A DNA stretch of 64,000 nucleotides from an uncultured candidate division Zixibacteria bacterium. Its GTDB lineage: Bacteria; Zixibacteria; MSB-5A5; UBA10806; 4484-95. The stretch lies in contig CAXXKA010000008.1 of assembly GCA_963668625.2 (NCBI GenBank), positions 1,312,001-1,376,000 on the forward strand, read 5' to 3'. A model generated the notes under the pieces. It saw nothing but the letters and a program-made list of their open reading frames with translations. It did no database searches and had not been told where the DNA came from. This document shows, one piece after another, positions 19,303-31,228 of the stretch. Positions within the stretch are counted from its first letter, which is position 1; each line of letters begins with the position of its first letter. Made by a program: the position numbers and the translations under genes.

Positions 19303-20610
19303 ATGATTGTTTTGAGATTCATACCAGTCTCGTTATCTGTACTTTTAATAGCGGCTCATTACTTTCGTAATGGTGATATGGGTATGGTAGTTTTCTGGCT
19401 CATATCGCCGTACATACTTTTGTATCGCCATCGATGGAGTCTGAGGGTCTTTCAATTGATATTACTCTTAGCTGCCGGAGTTTGGCTTACGACTATTTAC
19501 TCTGTTGCCCAGCTAAGGATAGAGATGGGTGAACCATATACGCGCATGGCGGTGATCCTGGGGGCGGTTGCCGCCATTGCGATATTATCAGCAATTGTTC
19601 TTAACACTAAAAAAATGATAGCTAAGCTGGCTATCAATGATGAATATACCGGCGAAAGTCTTTCAACATTCATTATTACATTCGCTATTCTGTCAATAGT
19701 GCAGCTAAAAGCAAGTTTCCCGATAATTCTGGCTGAGAGATTCATGTATGGTCTCGGCTGGCTGGAGATACTTCTTCTATCATTTTACGCCGGGTGGCTA
19801 ACCGGTAAGATGATGGATATCAGGTATACCGTGATATGGCGAAAACGAATCTGGTTGATATTTTCAATCGTTTTTTTCGCGCAGTTTATCGTAGGACTAA
19901 CGGGAGCAGAGGAATTCCTCATGACCGGTAATATTCATATACCCGTGCCGGCCGTTATACTGGCAGGTCCGATATACAGAGGCGGAGGATTCTTCATGCC
20001 GATCCTGCTCCTGAGCACACTGCTTATAGTAGGGCCATCATGGTGCAGCTATTTATGTTACATCGGCTCATGGGATCATCGCAGCTCACTGGCTAAACGT
20101 ATACCGGGCACACTACCGAACTGGCACAAGTTCGCTAGAATCGCGATTCTGGTTGTTACGCCAATCGTATCTATTATTCTCAGGATGTTAGGTGTATCGG
20201 TGTCGGCAGCAGCCACTATTGCCATAATTTTCGGCGCGGTCGGTGTGCTGGTGATGATGCTCTGGTCACGTAAATCGGGTGCTATGGCGCATTGTATCAC
20301 CTGGTGTCCTATAGGGTTGCTGGTAAACTGGCTGGGCAAGCTATCACCATTCAGGATACGCATAAATGAAACCTGCAATGAATGCGGCGCCTGTAACTTA
20401 GCATGCCGTTACCTTGCGCTAACGATAACCGATATACAAAACCGCAGGCCGGGACTAACCTGTACTTTATGCGGCGACTGTTTAAAAAGCTGCCGGGAGA
20501 ACTCTCTCGAATACAGGTTCATCGGACTAAAATCCGAGAGAGCGAGGTCGCTGTTTTTGATTCTGATTGTATCAATACATGCGATTTTCATGGGGTTGGC
20601 GAGGATATAG
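19303..20610 (+). CDS. Membrane 4Fe-4S binding protein
   Basis: Many TM helices, WCSYLCYIG, HCITWCPIG, CNECGACNLAC and CTLCGDCLKSC motifs. Confidence 0.88.
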   Translation: MIVLRFIPVSLSVLLIAAHYFRNGDMGMVVFWLISPYILLYRHRWSLRVFQLILLLAAGVWLTTIYSVAQLRIEMGEPYTRMAVILGAVAAIAILSAIVLNTKKMIAKLAINDEYTGESLSTFIITFAILSIVQLKASFPIILAERFMYGLGWLEILLLSFYAGWLTGKMMDIRYTVIWRKRIWLIFSIVFFAQFIVGLTGAEEFLMTGNIHIPVPAVILAGPIYRGGGFFMPILLLSTLLIVGPSWCSYLCYIGSWDHRSSLAKRIPGTLPNWHKFARIAILVVTPIVSIILRMLGVSVSAAATIAIIFGAVGVLVMMLWSRKSGAMAHCITWCPIGLLVNWLGKLSPFRIRINETCNECGACNLACRYLALTITDIQNRRPGLTCTLCGDCLKSCRENSLEYRFIGLKSERARSLFLILIVSIHAIFMGLARI

Positions 20611-20848
20611 AATTTTATCATCCCTATTTGCTATAATCTCATATATATTCGTAATGTTTAATTTTTAGATTTTCTGCTTGTAATTTGGTCGCCGGTTGGT
20701 ATAAATATATATGTCACTTGGGGTAGTAATTTGATTAATTTGATTTTGTTAGCTGATATAAATTTCACCGAGAGGATTCCAGTTTGGCAACCCGCGAGCA
20801 AATCACTAATTTTCAAATATATGTTTAATAAATGATAAGAGGAGAGCG

Positions 20849-21547
20849 ATGCAAAACCTGCAGTCTTTACTATGGTCATCGGTGGGCAAAAAGATAATCA
20901 ATGCTCTTACAGGCCTGGCATTGGTCGTTTTTGTCATCGTACATTTAATCGGCAATCTCAAGCTTCTATACGGCGATCCCGGGCCTTTCAATCATTACGC
21001 GCATTTCTACGAGGAACTCGGCGTTGTGCTTTACATCGTTGAGCTTGGTTTGCTGGCCATGTTCGTTTTTCACATCATCATGGCGGTGGCTGTCTGGTGG
21101 GATAAGCAAAAAGCGCGTCCCGATAAATATCAGAAAAGCGCTGATGCCGGTTCACCCAGCAAGAAAACCTGGTCCTCGAAAAATATGATTATCACGGGAC
21201 TGGTGCTGTTTATTTTTACCGTACTACATCTGAAACATTTCAAGTACGGCCCCGGAGCCGAGGCCGGCTATATCTACAACTACGAGGGCAACCAGATACG
21301 AGACTTATACCGCCTGGTAATCGAGCAGTTCAGTAATATCTACATAACAGGCGCATACACGATCGCTATGATACTTCTGGGTTTTCACCTTCGCCACGGT
21401 TTCTGGAGCGCCTTTCAATCGCTGGGCGTTCAGCACCCCCGTCTGGTACCGGTTATTTACGCTCTGGGTATTGTGATAGCAATCGTACTGGCGGCAGGAT
21501 TCGTATTCCTGCCTATCTACATATACTGCGCGGGAGGTGCGGCATGA
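20849..21547 (+). CDS. sdhC: Succinate dehydrogenase/fumarate reductase cytochrome b subunit
   Basis: [18 protein letters not shown] and [14 protein letters not shown] motifs; first gene of the operon. Confidence 0.93.
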   Translation: MQNLQSLLWSSVGKKIINALTGLALVVFVIVHLIGNLKLLYGDPGPFNHYAHFYEELGVVLYIVELGLLAMFVFHIIMAVAVWWDKQKARPDKYQKSADAGSPSKKTWSSKNMIITGLVLFIFTVLHLKHFKYGPGAEAGYIYNYEGNQIRDLYRLVIEQFSNIYITGAYTIAMILLGFHLRHGFWSAFQSLGVQHPRLVPVIYALGIVIAIVLAAGFVFLPIYIYCAGGAA

Positions 21548-23457
21548 AACTGGATGCTAAAATTCCATCAGGCCCGCTTGAGAACAAGTGGTCATTATAC
21601 AAAGATAGCGTTAAGCTGGTAAGCCCCGCCAACAAGCGCAAGTTTACTGTCATCGTAGTAGGCACCGGACTTGCCGGAGCCTCAGCAGCAGCCTCTTTAG
21701 GTGAATTAGGTTATAACGTAATCAACATGTGCATACAGGATTCTCCCCGCCGGGCGCACAGTATCGCCGCGCAGGGAGGTATCAACGCCGCCAAGAACTA
21801 CCAGAACGATGGCGACAATGTCTGGCGACTGTTTTACGATACGATCAAAGGCGGTGATTTCCGCTCGCGTGAGGGCAATGTTTACCGTCTGGCTGAGTTG
21901 AGTAACGCCATTATCGACCAGTGCGTCGCCCAGGGTGTGCCGTTCGCTCGCGAATACGGCGGTACGCTGGCCAACAGGTCATTCGGTGGGGCGCAGGTTT
22001 CGCGTACGTTTTACGCGCGCGGCCAGACCGGACAGCAGCTTTTACTGGGGGCGTACAGCGCGTTGATGCGTCAGGTGAAGGCCGGTACGGTCAAGATGTT
22101 CCCTCGTCACGAAATGCTCGAGCTGGTGGTCATCGATGGTAAAGCTCGTGGCATAGTAGCTCGCAATTTGATAAACGGCGAGATCGTATCATTCGCCGGT
22201 GATGCTATTCTGCTTTCGACCGGCGGCTATTCCACCGTATACTATCTTTCAACCAACGCGGTTAATTCCAACGCCACGGCTGTTTGGAGATGTCATAAGA
22301 AAGGCGCGTTGTTCGCCGATCCCTCGTTTACCCAGATTCACCCGACATGTATACCGCAGGAGGGCGAGCATCAATCGAAACTTACCCTGATGAGCGAGAG
22401 CTTGCGTAATGATGGCCGCGTTTGGGTACCTAAGAAGAAGGGTGATAAACGTCGACCGACAGAGATACCCGAAAACGAGCGCGACTACTACCTCGAACGT
22501 CGCTACCCGGCGTTCGGTAACCTGGTACCGCGTGATATCGCCTCCCGCGGCGCTAAGATGATGTGCGATGACGGCTATGGTGTCGGCTCGACCGGGTTCG
22601 CTGTCTATCTCGATTTCGAGGATGCTATCAAACGTTTGGGCAAGAATGTTATTACCGAGCGTTACGGCAATCTGTTCGATATGTACGAGAACTTAACCGG
22701 TGAAAATCCTTACGAGAGCCCCATGATGATTTACCCGGCGCCGCACTATACCATGGGCGGCCTGTGGGTAGACTACAACCTGATGAGCACCATCCCCGGC
22801 CTGCACGTGCTGGGCGAGGCCAACTTCTCCGACCACGGCGCGAACCGCTTGGGAGCGAGCGCGCTTATGCAGGGCTTGGCCGACGGTTATTTCGTGATAC
22901 CCAATACGCTGGGTGAATACCTGGCAGGTGTGAAACTCGAGAAGGTAGACACCAACCATGAGGCGTTCAAAGCCGCTAAAGATGATATCCGGAAGATGAC
23001 CGACAAACTGCTGTCGATTAACGGCGAAAAAACTGTCGGCGATATACATCGCGAGCTTGGCGCTTTGATGCGCGATAAGGTCGGTATGTCTCGCGAGGCT
23101 CCGGGTCTGAAAGAGACTATCGAGAAGATACCGAAACTGAAAGAGGAGTTCTGGAATAATATCAGGGTAACCGGTAAGAACGAGGAACTGAACAAGAACC
23201 TCGAGATGGCCGGACGAGTGGCCGATTATCTGGAGCTGGCCGAGCTTATGGCTCGCGATGCCTTGAACCGCGAGGAGTCCTGCGGCGGTCATTTCCGCGA
23301 GGAGTACAAGACCGAGGAAGGCGAGGCTTTGCGTGATGACAAGAATTTCACCTACGTAGCCGCCTGGGAGTACAAAGGCGAGGGCAAACCACACGAGCTT
23401 CACAAGGAAGAGCTGACTTTCGAGCGCGTGACACCATCACAGCGTTCTTATAAATAG
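21544..23457 (+). CDS. sdhA: Succinate dehydrogenase/fumarate reductase flavoprotein subunit
   Basis: [33 protein letters not shown] and [11 protein letters not shown] motifs. Confidence 0.96.
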   Translation: MKLDAKIPSGPLENKWSLYKDSVKLVSPANKRKFTVIVVGTGLAGASAAASLGELGYNVINMCIQDSPRRAHSIAAQGGINAAKNYQNDGDNVWRLFYDTIKGGDFRSREGNVYRLAELSNAIIDQCVAQGVPFAREYGGTLANRSFGGAQVSRTFYARGQTGQQLLLGAYSALMRQVKAGTVKMFPRHEMLELVVIDGKARGIVARNLINGEIVSFAGDAILLSTGGYSTVYYLSTNAVNSNATAVWRCHKKGALFADPSFTQIHPTCIPQEGEHQSKLTLMSESLRNDGRVWVPKKKGDKRRPTEIPENERDYYLERRYPAFGNLVPRDIASRGAKMMCDDGYGVGSTGFAVYLDFEDAIKRLGKNVITERYGNLFDMYENLTGENPYESPMMIYPAPHYTMGGLWVDYNLMSTIPGLHVLGEANFSDHGANRLGASALMQGLADGYFVIPNTLGEYLAGVKLEKVDTNHEAFKAAKDDIRKMTDKLLSINGEKTVGDIHRELGALMRDKVGMSREAPGLKETIEKIPKLKEEFWNNIRVTGKNEELNKNLEMAGRVADYLELAELMARDALNREESCGGHFREEYKTEEGEALRDDKNFTYVAAWEYKGEGKPHELHKEELTFERVTPSQRSYK

Positions 23458-23468
23458 GAGAATCATTC

Positions 23469-24221
23469 ATGAGCGATAAATTAAGTCTCAAACTCAGGAT
23501 CTGGCGTCAGGAGGGACCCGATAAGCCGGGCAAGCTGGTGGACTACGACGTGTCCGATGTCTCGCCCGATAGCTCGTTTTTGGAGATGCTCGACCTTCTG
23601 AACGAGAACCTCGTGCGCAAGGGCGAGCGTCCGATCGAGTTCGATAGCGATTGCCGAGAGGGTATATGCGGCACCTGCAGCCTGGTGATAAACGGCGTGG
23701 CTCACGGCCCAAAGCAGTCGATCTGTACCTGTCAGGTTCATATGCGCAATTACAAGGATGGCGAGACTATTACGGTAGAGCCGTTCCGCGCTAAACCGTT
23801 CCCGATAATCCGCGACCTGGTGGTCGATAGAAGCGCGTTTGATAGAATCCAGCAGGCGGGTGGTTATGTATCGGTGCGCACCGGCTCGGCCGGCGAGGCT
23901 AACGAGACGCCGATTCCCAAACCCGATGCCGAGAAAGCTATGGATGCCGCCGCCTGTATCGGTTGCGGCGCCTGTGTTGCCGCCTGCCCGAATGCCTCGG
24001 CCTCCTTGTTCGTGTCGGCGAAGATCAGCCAGTACGCTTTCCTGCCGCAGGGCAGGGTAGAGGCCAAGGAGCGTGCCTTAGCTATGGTAGCGCAGATGGA
24101 TGCCGAGGGATTCGGCGACTGCTCCAATCACGGCGAGTGTGAGGCGGTCTGTCCGAAGAACATCCCGATTACCATGATAGCCAAGATGCGCTGGGAGTAC
24201 ATGAAAGCGATGGTGAGCTGA
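23469..24221 (+). CDS. sdhB: Succinate dehydrogenase/fumarate reductase iron-sulfur subunit
   Basis: [23 protein letters not shown] and [13 protein letters not shown] motifs. Confidence 0.96.
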   Translation: MSDKLSLKLRIWRQEGPDKPGKLVDYDVSDVSPDSSFLEMLDLLNENLVRKGERPIEFDSDCREGICGTCSLVINGVAHGPKQSICTCQVHMRNYKDGETITVEPFRAKPFPIIRDLVVDRSAFDRIQQAGGYVSVRTGSAGEANETPIPKPDAEKAMDAAACIGCGACVAACPNASASLFVSAKISQYAFLPQGRVEAKERALAMVAQMDAEGFGDCSNHGECEAVCPKNIPITMIAKMRWEYMKAMVS

Positions 24222-24251
24222 GGGGAATTACATACTAATTTGATTTCTGTT

Positions 24252-24280
24252 GTAAGGGCGTATTGCATACGCCCTTTTTT
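24252..24280 (+). terminator. REP-family hairpin acting as terminator after sdhB
   Basis: aagggcgtat-tgc-atacgccctt followed by a T run. Confidence 0.7.
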
Positions 24281-24394
24281 CTATTTAAACGAAGCTGTAT
24301 TAGATAATCTAATTAATAGAATTATAATGTTTTTCTTTTTCTAAATTGTAATATATTAAGATATTGTTGAACTCATGAATGCTTATTAGTAACG

Positions 24395-25006
24395 GTGACT
24401 ATAAGAAAGGAAGATAGCTTGGACACAATTATTTATGCCCCGTTCTTAAATTACTTGAAGATAGCAGGAGAGTCTTATGAGAAAATAACTGAGAGTTTGA
24501 ATAAAAATGATGGTCATTTTGTGGAGTCTCAGGAATTTCATAAGTCTATTGATAGTTTTTCGACTATTGTTGTAGTATTTACTGTTATCTCTTTAGAATC
24601 ATATATTTATAACTATGCTACGAGGAAACTTGGTAATTCATTTAGCAAAAAGCATCTTGAAAGCTTAAATCTTTATAGTAAATGGGTAATAATACCAAAT
24701 TTAGTTAATGGTAATAGTATTCCAAAAGATCATAAGGGTTTAGTGTTATTAAAAAAATTAATAAAAATAAGAAATGCTGTTATACACTTAAAAGCAAAAA
24801 ATATTGAAATTGATCATTTTGACCAGCAAATTGGTATAATAAGAGAGTCAAATTTAGATTTAAAGGAAACAGCATTAAATTCTTTTCATTGTGTTGGCCA
24901 ACTTAGAAAAGCATTACATGAAATTGATAAAGATGAACATTTTGCTTTACTGTTAAGCAAATTTCTAGAATATCCGCTATATAAAATCTCTAAGATAAGA
25001 AATTAG
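24395..25006 (+). CDS. AT-rich hypothetical protein with HEPN-like RxxxxH motif
   Basis: All-helical-looking 203-aa ORF with ISLESYIY and KIRNAVIHLK; markedly more AT-rich than its neighbours. Confidence 0.6.
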   Translation: MTIRKEDSLDTIIYAPFLNYLKIAGESYEKITESLNKNDGHFVESQEFHKSIDSFSTIVVVFTVISLESYIYNYATRKLGNSFSKKHLESLNLYSKWVIIPNLVNGNSIPKDHKGLVLLKKLIKIRNAVIHLKAKNIEIDHFDQQIGIIRESNLDLKETALNSFHCVGQLRKALHEIDKDEHFALLLSKFLEYPLYKISKIRN

Positions 25007-25198
25007 GCTGTGTTTTTGAAAATCTATCAAATTAGTTTTAAATAGTATTGTTTACAGAGAACTACTTATCTGATAGTTGATTGAATTGGGCAAAAAAACA
25101 TACTACAATAAGAAAAATTTGGTATAATTGCATTGAATAAAAAAGGGTGTATGTCGATACGCCACTACAAGCGTAAGATTGATTTAGTTCTCACCATT

Positions 25199-26131
25199 CT
25201 ATTTGTTCTTGGCATACTCAGCTATAAACCCACATATCTCCGCCATCGCTGCGGTTGCCTCCGGGAACATGGGGGCGCAGACAGGGTAGCAGTGGAACAT
25301 GCCCTCGCCGATGCGCAGGGTAATATCCACACCAGCCGCGCGAGCTTTATCCGCGAAACGCACTGAGTCATCAAGAAGTACCTCGTGGCCGCCTACGTAA
25401 ATCAGTATCGGGGGGAGGCCGGTCAGGTCGCCGTAGAGAGGGGAGATCGTCGGCAGCTCCGGATTGCTGTCGGCTACGTAATACTTCGCGAAAACATGCC
25501 ATGATTCTGTCCAGGTTAAGGCATCCACCTCTTGCAACGATGTAAGAGTATCACCGGTACATTTCAGATCTGTCCACGGCGAAAGCACCGCCGCCGCGGC
25601 AGGTATCGGCAGGTCGTTCTCACGAGCGGCCAGAAGTGTAGCCAGACAGAGGCCGCCACCGGCGGAATCGCCGACGAACACGATATTGGCTGGTTCGATG
25701 CCCTGATCGAGCAGATAGCGGTATGCTGTCAGCGCATCCTCCAACGCAGCCGGGTATGGATGCTCGGGGGCGAGGCGATAGTCGAACGACATGGCCGGGA
25801 CATTGCTGCCCTTGACGAATTTGGCTATGTGCGTGCGATGTCCCTCCGCCGAGCCGAGAACATAGCCGCCGCCGTGGAAGTACAGTATCGCTTTATCTTT
25901 TGCTGCATTCGACGGCATCACCCACTCGGCGTACATATCACCGATGTGAAACGCGCTATGCTCGATTTCCTTCGGTAACTTGCCGAACAGTTTGCCAGCC
26001 TTCTTTGTTTTATCGCGAAGTTCCGGTATGGAAGTATCGAAAGTGATCTCCGGTTTTCGCTGCCATTGAAACTTGAACAGGTTTCTGTATCTGAGCAGGA
26101 ATATGAACAGTTTGCTTTTAAGGCTTGTCAT
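25199..26131 (-). CDS. Alpha/beta hydrolase (HSL-family esterase/lipase)
   Basis: HGGG, DYRLAPEHPYPA, GDSAGG and GMFH motifs. Confidence 0.95.
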   Translation of the reverse strand: MTSLKSKLFIFLLRYRNLFKFQWQRKPEITFDTSIPELRDKTKKAGKLFGKLPKEIEHSAFHIGDMYAEWVMPSNAAKDKAILYFHGGGYVLGSAEGHRTHIAKFVKGSNVPAMSFDYRLAPEHPYPAALEDALTAYRYLLDQGIEPANIVFVGDSAGGGLCLATLLAARENDLPIPAAAAVLSPWTDLKCTGDTLTSLQEVDALTWTESWHVFAKYYVADSNPELPTISPLYGDLTGLPPILIYVGGHEVLLDDSVRFADKARAAGVDITLRIGEGMFHCYPVCAPMFPEATAAMAEICGFIAEYAKNK

Positions 26132-26172
26132 TTTATAATCTCCTGTAACACTAATAACGTTTTGTTTTGCCT

Positions 26173-26781
26173 TTAACTAACCTCGAAAAATATACCCGAT
26201 AATATCTTCGGATCGGGCATTTTGAATTTATTGCCTCGAGATGTCTTATGAATGGCGAGCCCCTTTATGGCTGTCCAGAACACCAGCGCCATATCTTTGG
26301 CGTTGCCTTTCTTGATCGTACCGTCTTTTTGGCCCTTGCGAATTATCCGGGCAATTATCTCGTAGGGGATATCGCTTTTCTCGGCCAGTATTACCCTGGC
26401 TTTGGCCGGCGGTGAGGTCATTAAATTGGCCTGAGCGATAAGCAAATGATACTGAGCCGAGCTTTCGTTTTCAGCCATATTTTTATAAATTCCGTTTATG
26501 GCCATTTCGATTTTCTCCCTAGGCGTAATCGTCATATTCTCCAGTATACGGCAAGCCTCGATCAGCCTATCGAACGCGAAATCTATCAACGCCACGAAAA
26601 TCTCATTTTTGGATTCGTAATAATGATAAACCAATCCCTGCGATATCCCGGCCTCGGCCGATATATCGGTAATCTTCGTAGCCGCCAGGCCATCGGAGGA
26701 GAATAATTTCAATGCAGCGGACAATATCTGTTCCCGACGCTCATCTTTGGTTTTCTCGTTTATTTCTCTATTTCTGCCCAA
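26173..26781 (-). CDS. TetR/AcrR family transcriptional regulator
   Basis: ILSAALKLF...TKITDISAEAGISQGLVYHYYESK HTH. Confidence 0.93.
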   Translation of the reverse strand: MGRNREINEKTKDERREQILSAALKLFSSDGLAATKITDISAEAGISQGLVYHYYESKNEIFVALIDFAFDRLIEACRILENMTITPREKIEMAINGIYKNMAENESSAQYHLLIAQANLMTSPPAKARVILAEKSDIPYEIIARIIRKGQKDGTIKKGNAKDMALVFWTAIKGLAIHKTSRGNKFKMPDPKILSGIFFEVS

Positions 26782-26801
26782 AAGTAACCCTTCTTAATTG
26801 G

Positions 26802-26817
26802 TTGAATGTTCATTCAA
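26802..26817. promoter_or_regulatory. Probable TetR autoregulatory operator
   Basis: TTGAATG-TT-CATTCAA palindrome about 20 bp upstream of the tetR start. Confidence 0.7.
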
Positions 26818-27124
26818 TCATAATATATATGTCTATTTCGGAATTCCAAGGAGAAAGTTTCGTTTATTTTTAATATGATAGCATTGGTATACTCCGTTGG
26901 GCAGGCGGGCGATGCCTTATATATGTTCCACAGGACGGAAGCTTTGCGATATCCTGATGCATGTGGGAAATCTAAATAGAGCATATAAAATACATGCATT
27001 GCCAAGCAGTGTCCGGTAACGAGATGGATTCTGACATATGTGGAATAAAGAAAAAGGGCGTATTGAAATACGCCCTGGCAAATCACGCTGGACAAGAATG
27101 CCCAGGCTCTTAAAAATACATATA

Positions 27125-28114
27125 TTATCTATACAAAGTACCGTTAGCCTTACGCTCTTTAAGATGTTTTAACATGTCCTCGGTCATAGCCTCTAAGTCG
27201 TATTTGGGTTTCCAGCCCCATTCCTCGCGGGCGGCGGTGTCATCGATAGAATTCGGCCAGGAATCGGCTATCTCCTGACGGTAATCGGGCTCGTATTTGA
27301 CTTTGAAATCGGGGATATGTTTCTTGATCGAATCAGCTAACTCGGTTACGTTGAAGCTCATGGCGGCGTGGTTGAAATCGGAGTGATGAATCAGTTTGTC
27401 GAAATCAGCCTCGGCCAATTGGATCGTGCCCTCGATGGCATCCGGCATGTACATCATAGGCAGTTTGGTGTCCTCTTTCACGAAACATGTATATTCGCTT
27501 TTGTCCACGGCCTCATAATAGATCGCCACGGCATAGTCGGTGGTGCCGCCGCCGGGCAGGGTCTCGTAAGAGATGATACCGGGATATCGCAAGCCGCGAA
27601 TATCCAGGCCGAAACGTTTGACATAATAATCGCACAAAAGCTCTCCGCAAACTTTGGTAACGCCATACATGGTGCCGGGTTTCAAGACTGTCTCCTGCGG
27701 TGTATTATCGAGCGGAACACCTTTGCCCCAAACAGCAATCGAACTCGGGATGATGATTCTGGCCATTTCATATTTTAAGCCGAGTTCCAAAAGATTAATA
27801 GTGCCATTCATGTTGACATCCCAGCAGAGCTGCGGGTTTTTCTCGCCGACAGCCGAAAGGATGGCGGCCATGTGATAAACCGTATCGATATCGTGCTTTT
27901 TAACTATCTCCTCGACAGTTTCGATTTTATTAACATCCACGAAATAGAACGGACCGGAATTTTTCAGTTCCTCGGAGGGCTGGGTTTTTCGTCCTGTGGC
28001 AACGACGTTCTCGGCACCATAACGCTTGCGAAGCTCCATGGTTAACTCGGAACCGATCTGTCCGACTGCGCCGGTGACCAGTATCTTTTTCATCTCTTTT
28101 TTCATTACTTTCAC
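27125..28114 (-). CDS. L-threonine 3-dehydrogenase (NAD-dependent epimerase/SDR type)
   Basis: VTGAVGQIG, AAILSA, YGVTK, PGGGTTDYAV and RQEIADSWP motifs. Confidence 0.9.
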   Translation of the reverse strand: MKVMKKEMKKILVTGAVGQIGSELTMELRKRYGAENVVATGRKTQPSEELKNSGPFYFVDVNKIETVEEIVKKHDIDTVYHMAAILSAVGEKNPQLCWDVNMNGTINLLELGLKYEMARIIIPSSIAVWGKGVPLDNTPQETVLKPGTMYGVTKVCGELLCDYYVKRFGLDIRGLRYPGIISYETLPGGGTTDYAVAIYYEAVDKSEYTCFVKEDTKLPMMYMPDAIEGTIQLAEADFDKLIHHSDFNHAAMSFNVTELADSIKKHIPDFKVKYEPDYRQEIADSWPNSIDDTAAREEWGWKPKYDLEAMTEDMLKHLKERKANGTLYR

Positions 28115-28241
28115 ATCCTATTTTTTGAGGCGGGCGTATGAAGGTCACAAATACTGCCCACGATTTATCGGGAAACGTCTATTTTAAGTTGGGATAATTT
28201 AATAAATCATATCGAAATTTGCAAGGATTGCGAGCAGACAA

Positions 28242-28272
28242 AACGCCGGAGCTAATAATTAACTCCGGCGTT
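28242..28272 (-). terminator. Hairpin terminator after cheW
   Basis: aacgccggag-ctaataattaa-ctccggcgtt. Confidence 0.6.
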
Positions 28273-28296
28273 CGCTATCAGAAGAGAGAATACTCT

Positions 28297-28791
28297 TTAA
28301 TGGGATAAATCCGGTAATTTGCTGGAACCAACTATCTTGCCCACATCAAGATAAACCAGCAGCCTCTCATCCAGTTTTACGATAGCTTTGATAAAATCAG
28401 AGTTGGCCGTGCCTCCGCCGTGGTTTGATATTAGATCAGGAGCATCCTCCAGCGATCCGGCAGGTACCCTGAGAACCTCTGCGACACTATCGACAACCAG
28501 TCCCACGGTCTCGTCGCCGGTTTCCACCACTACTATACGCGAGTGATTATCGTACTCTTTCTCTTCCATGCCGAATTTAGTTCTGAGATCGATTATAGGG
28601 ATGACTTTGCCACGAAGGTTTATGATACCTTTGACAAATCTGTCGGTTTGCGGCACCTGAGTGATTTCCACCATCCGGTTTATCTCCTGAACCTGCAATA
28701 TGTTTACCCCGAATTCCTCGGCGCCGAGACTGAATGTTACCATTTGTTCGAGACCGTCCGAGTCTTTCCTGATGATCTGATCATCCGACAT
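28297..28791 (-). CDS. cheW: Chemotaxis protein CheW
   Basis: EEFGVNILQVQEI, GIINLRGKVIPIIDLR and GLVVDSV motifs. Confidence 0.95.
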   Translation of the reverse strand: MSDDQIIRKDSDGLEQMVTFSLGAEEFGVNILQVQEINRMVEITQVPQTDRFVKGIINLRGKVIPIIDLRTKFGMEEKEYDNHSRIVVVETGDETVGLVVDSVAEVLRVPAGSLEDAPDLISNHGGGTANSDFIKAIVKLDERLLVYLDVGKIVGSSKLPDLSH

Positions 28792-28792
28792 A

Positions 28793-30823
28793 TCATGCCT
28801 CCACTTGCGAGTCGTTTCTATTGCGAAGTTTGAAACCGCTTACGAGCGAACGTAATTCGGCCGCCTGGCGATTTAACTGTTCGGCCGCCGCCGCCGCTTG
28901 TTCAGTACCGTTGGCGGACTCTTTGGTTATTCTATCGACATTTTCCACGCTTCTAGATATCTCCTCGGCCGCGGACGATTGTTCCTCGGCGGCTGACGAT
29001 ACTAATCGCATCATTTCCTGCACGTTTTCAACCGCCTGGAATATCTCCTGTAGCGATTGGCCGGTCTGCTCGACCAGGTTACGACCTTTATCGACTATAC
29101 CTTTAGATTCGGTTATTTGGGTGTTGGCATTAGCGACATCCACCTGAATACCTTTAATAGTCTCGGCAACCTCTTTGGTAGCTTTGGTGGTACGCTCGGC
29201 CAGTTTACGCACCTCATCGGCAACGACCGCGAAACCCCTGCCCTGTTCACCGGCCCGGGCCGCCTCGATAGCGGCGTTCAATGCCAGAAGATTTGTCTGA
29301 TCGGCGATATCATCGATGACCTTAATTATCTCGCCAATAGCGGTGGCTTTCTCGGCCAGTTGTTCTATATTCGCGGAGGTGACGGTTGAGGACTCTACGA
29401 TTTCCTCCATGCCGGTCGAGGTATCGTTTGCCAGACGGCTGCCATCCTGTGATTTTGAGGCCGCCTCCATTGCCTTTTCGGTAGCCTCGGTAGTGTTTTT
29501 AGTCGACTCTATTATACTGGCGGCCATCTCCTCGACAGCCGAGGAAACCTGACTTGTCTGGCCGGTTTGTTCTTTCACCCCTGCTGAAAGTTGTTCGGCT
29601 GAGGCTGATATCTCGGTAGCGGCCGAGGCCAGCTGTTCGGTATTTTCAGCCACCTGGTAAATGATGTCATGTAATTTATCTATAAAAGTGTTGAACCATT
29701 TGGCCAGGTAGCCTATCTCATCTTTGCTGGTGTTCGTGATTCTCTTGGTCAGATCTCCCTCGCCCTGGGCGATATCTTTTAGCATCGCTGAAACCCGGTT
29801 AAGCGGTTTAACTATAGAACCGGCTAATAGCCAACCAATCAAGCTGCCTATAAGTACTATTACCAGAGCTACGATCAATACGGTAGTAGCGACCTGTTGG
29901 GCGCCGGAGGTAAACTCATCGATATAACTGCCGGAGGCTATAATCCAATCCCACTCTTTGAAATATTTATAAGATACGATCTTAGGCGCCAACTTGCCGT
30001 CGCGTTCCCATTCATACGTTACCCAGGCTGTCTGGCCGTTTTGAATTTTGGGAAGATTGGCAAGCATCTCCTGGCAGAACGGATACTTAGCAAGGCTTTT
30101 ACCCTCCGAGGTAGGGTGGACACGCAGGATGCCCTCGGAATCCATTGCATAAATATAACCGGTTTTCCCGATTTTCACTGAAAGTAGAGCCTCTCTTAAC
30201 TTTGCAAAATTCTTTTCCGGTACGCCAGTGAATAAAATACCGACAATTTCACCTTTCGGATTATTAATGGGTTCATAAGCTGTGTTATACCAATCGTTAA
30301 CTACCCAGGCTCGGCCATAAAAAGGTTTACCCTGACGAACAACGGCATCGTATACCGATTGCGACACTGTTGTGCCAATGGCCCTGTCTCCGGCATCATT
30401 TAGTACATTGGTGGAGATCCTGATTGCCTGATTTCCCTGAACCTGAAAAATCGTACATGTTCCTCCAACAAGACTTTTTACTTTGTCGACAATCTCGTAA
30501 TCGTTGTTGACAATGTAATCGGCGCCCAGGCCGGAAAGCACTAATTTACCGTCTTTAATGTATACTTTACCGCCGCCGTAATGATGAAGGATTTCCCTGG
30601 CTACATTCAGGGAATTTCTGACATTCTCCATAGATACCTGGTTATAAGTATCACATAAATGAATAGCTTGATCGGCCGTGTGCTCCAGATCGGCCTTGCC
30701 TGTAAGTTCAAGATGATGTGAAGCCTGGCTGTAAGCTATAAAACCAATGAATCCTGCCATTACGACAATTAAACCGATAAAGGATAGAATGATTTTTGTT
30801 TTGATTCTCATGTTTAGTCTCAT
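28793..30823 (-). CDS. Methyl-accepting chemotaxis protein with Cache sensor and HAMP domains
   Basis: Two TM helices, Cache-type periplasmic region, [37 protein letters not shown]; GGAGG RBS before ATG 30823. Confidence 0.96.
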   Translation of the reverse strand: MRLNMRIKTKIILSFIGLIVVMAGFIGFIAYSQASHHLELTGKADLEHTADQAIHLCDTYNQVSMENVRNSLNVAREILHHYGGGKVYIKDGKLVLSGLGADYIVNNDYEIVDKVKSLVGGTCTIFQVQGNQAIRISTNVLNDAGDRAIGTTVSQSVYDAVVRQGKPFYGRAWVVNDWYNTAYEPINNPKGEIVGILFTGVPEKNFAKLREALLSVKIGKTGYIYAMDSEGILRVHPTSEGKSLAKYPFCQEMLANLPKIQNGQTAWVTYEWERDGKLAPKIVSYKYFKEWDWIIASGSYIDEFTSGAQQVATTVLIVALVIVLIGSLIGWLLAGSIVKPLNRVSAMLKDIAQGEGDLTKRITNTSKDEIGYLAKWFNTFIDKLHDIIYQVAENTEQLASAATEISASAEQLSAGVKEQTGQTSQVSSAVEEMAASIIESTKNTTEATEKAMEAASKSQDGSRLANDTSTGMEEIVESSTVTSANIEQLAEKATAIGEIIKVIDDIADQTNLLALNAAIEAARAGEQGRGFAVVADEVRKLAERTTKATKEVAETIKGIQVDVANANTQITESKGIVDKGRNLVEQTGQSLQEIFQAVENVQEMMRLVSSAAEEQSSAAEEISRSVENVDRITKESANGTEQAAAAAEQLNRQAAELRSLVSGFKLRNRNDSQVEA

Positions 30824-31228
30824 TTCATTTTCCTCCAAAAACGCAATAAAACATGGTTGATAATCTATAGGGGATATCGCACGGAAAATTTCCTGCGTTA
30901 TGTCGAATTAAATAATAGCATTTTAACCCCTGCACGTTAAATGTTATCTTTAGATATTTGATGTAGGTTCATTGATGTGTATTCTATAAACTTTATCGTT
31001 CGCATCCGATGAGGTTATTAATCGATTAAATAATAATATCATTATATATTGACATGGTGTTTCATAGTTTAAAACGGATTTAGTGGGGCTATGAAGAATT
31101 GTTTTTATAGGTCTGAGATGATCCTTATTAACGCTTGATTAATTATACAATATTGATAGATAATTGCTTAATAGAAACAATTGGATATTTCCTCAAGTTA
31201 AATCTCTTGAAGGAAAGGATGGATAATT

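Noticed and set aside
22693-23403. 236-aa antisense ORF (also 336-1157 and many similar ones)
   Set aside because: Shadow frames opposite well-supported genes
24300-25140. Integron cassette interpretation of the AT-rich orphan gene
   Set aside because: No convincing attC (RYYYAAC...GTTRRRY with paired arms) and no integrase in the window
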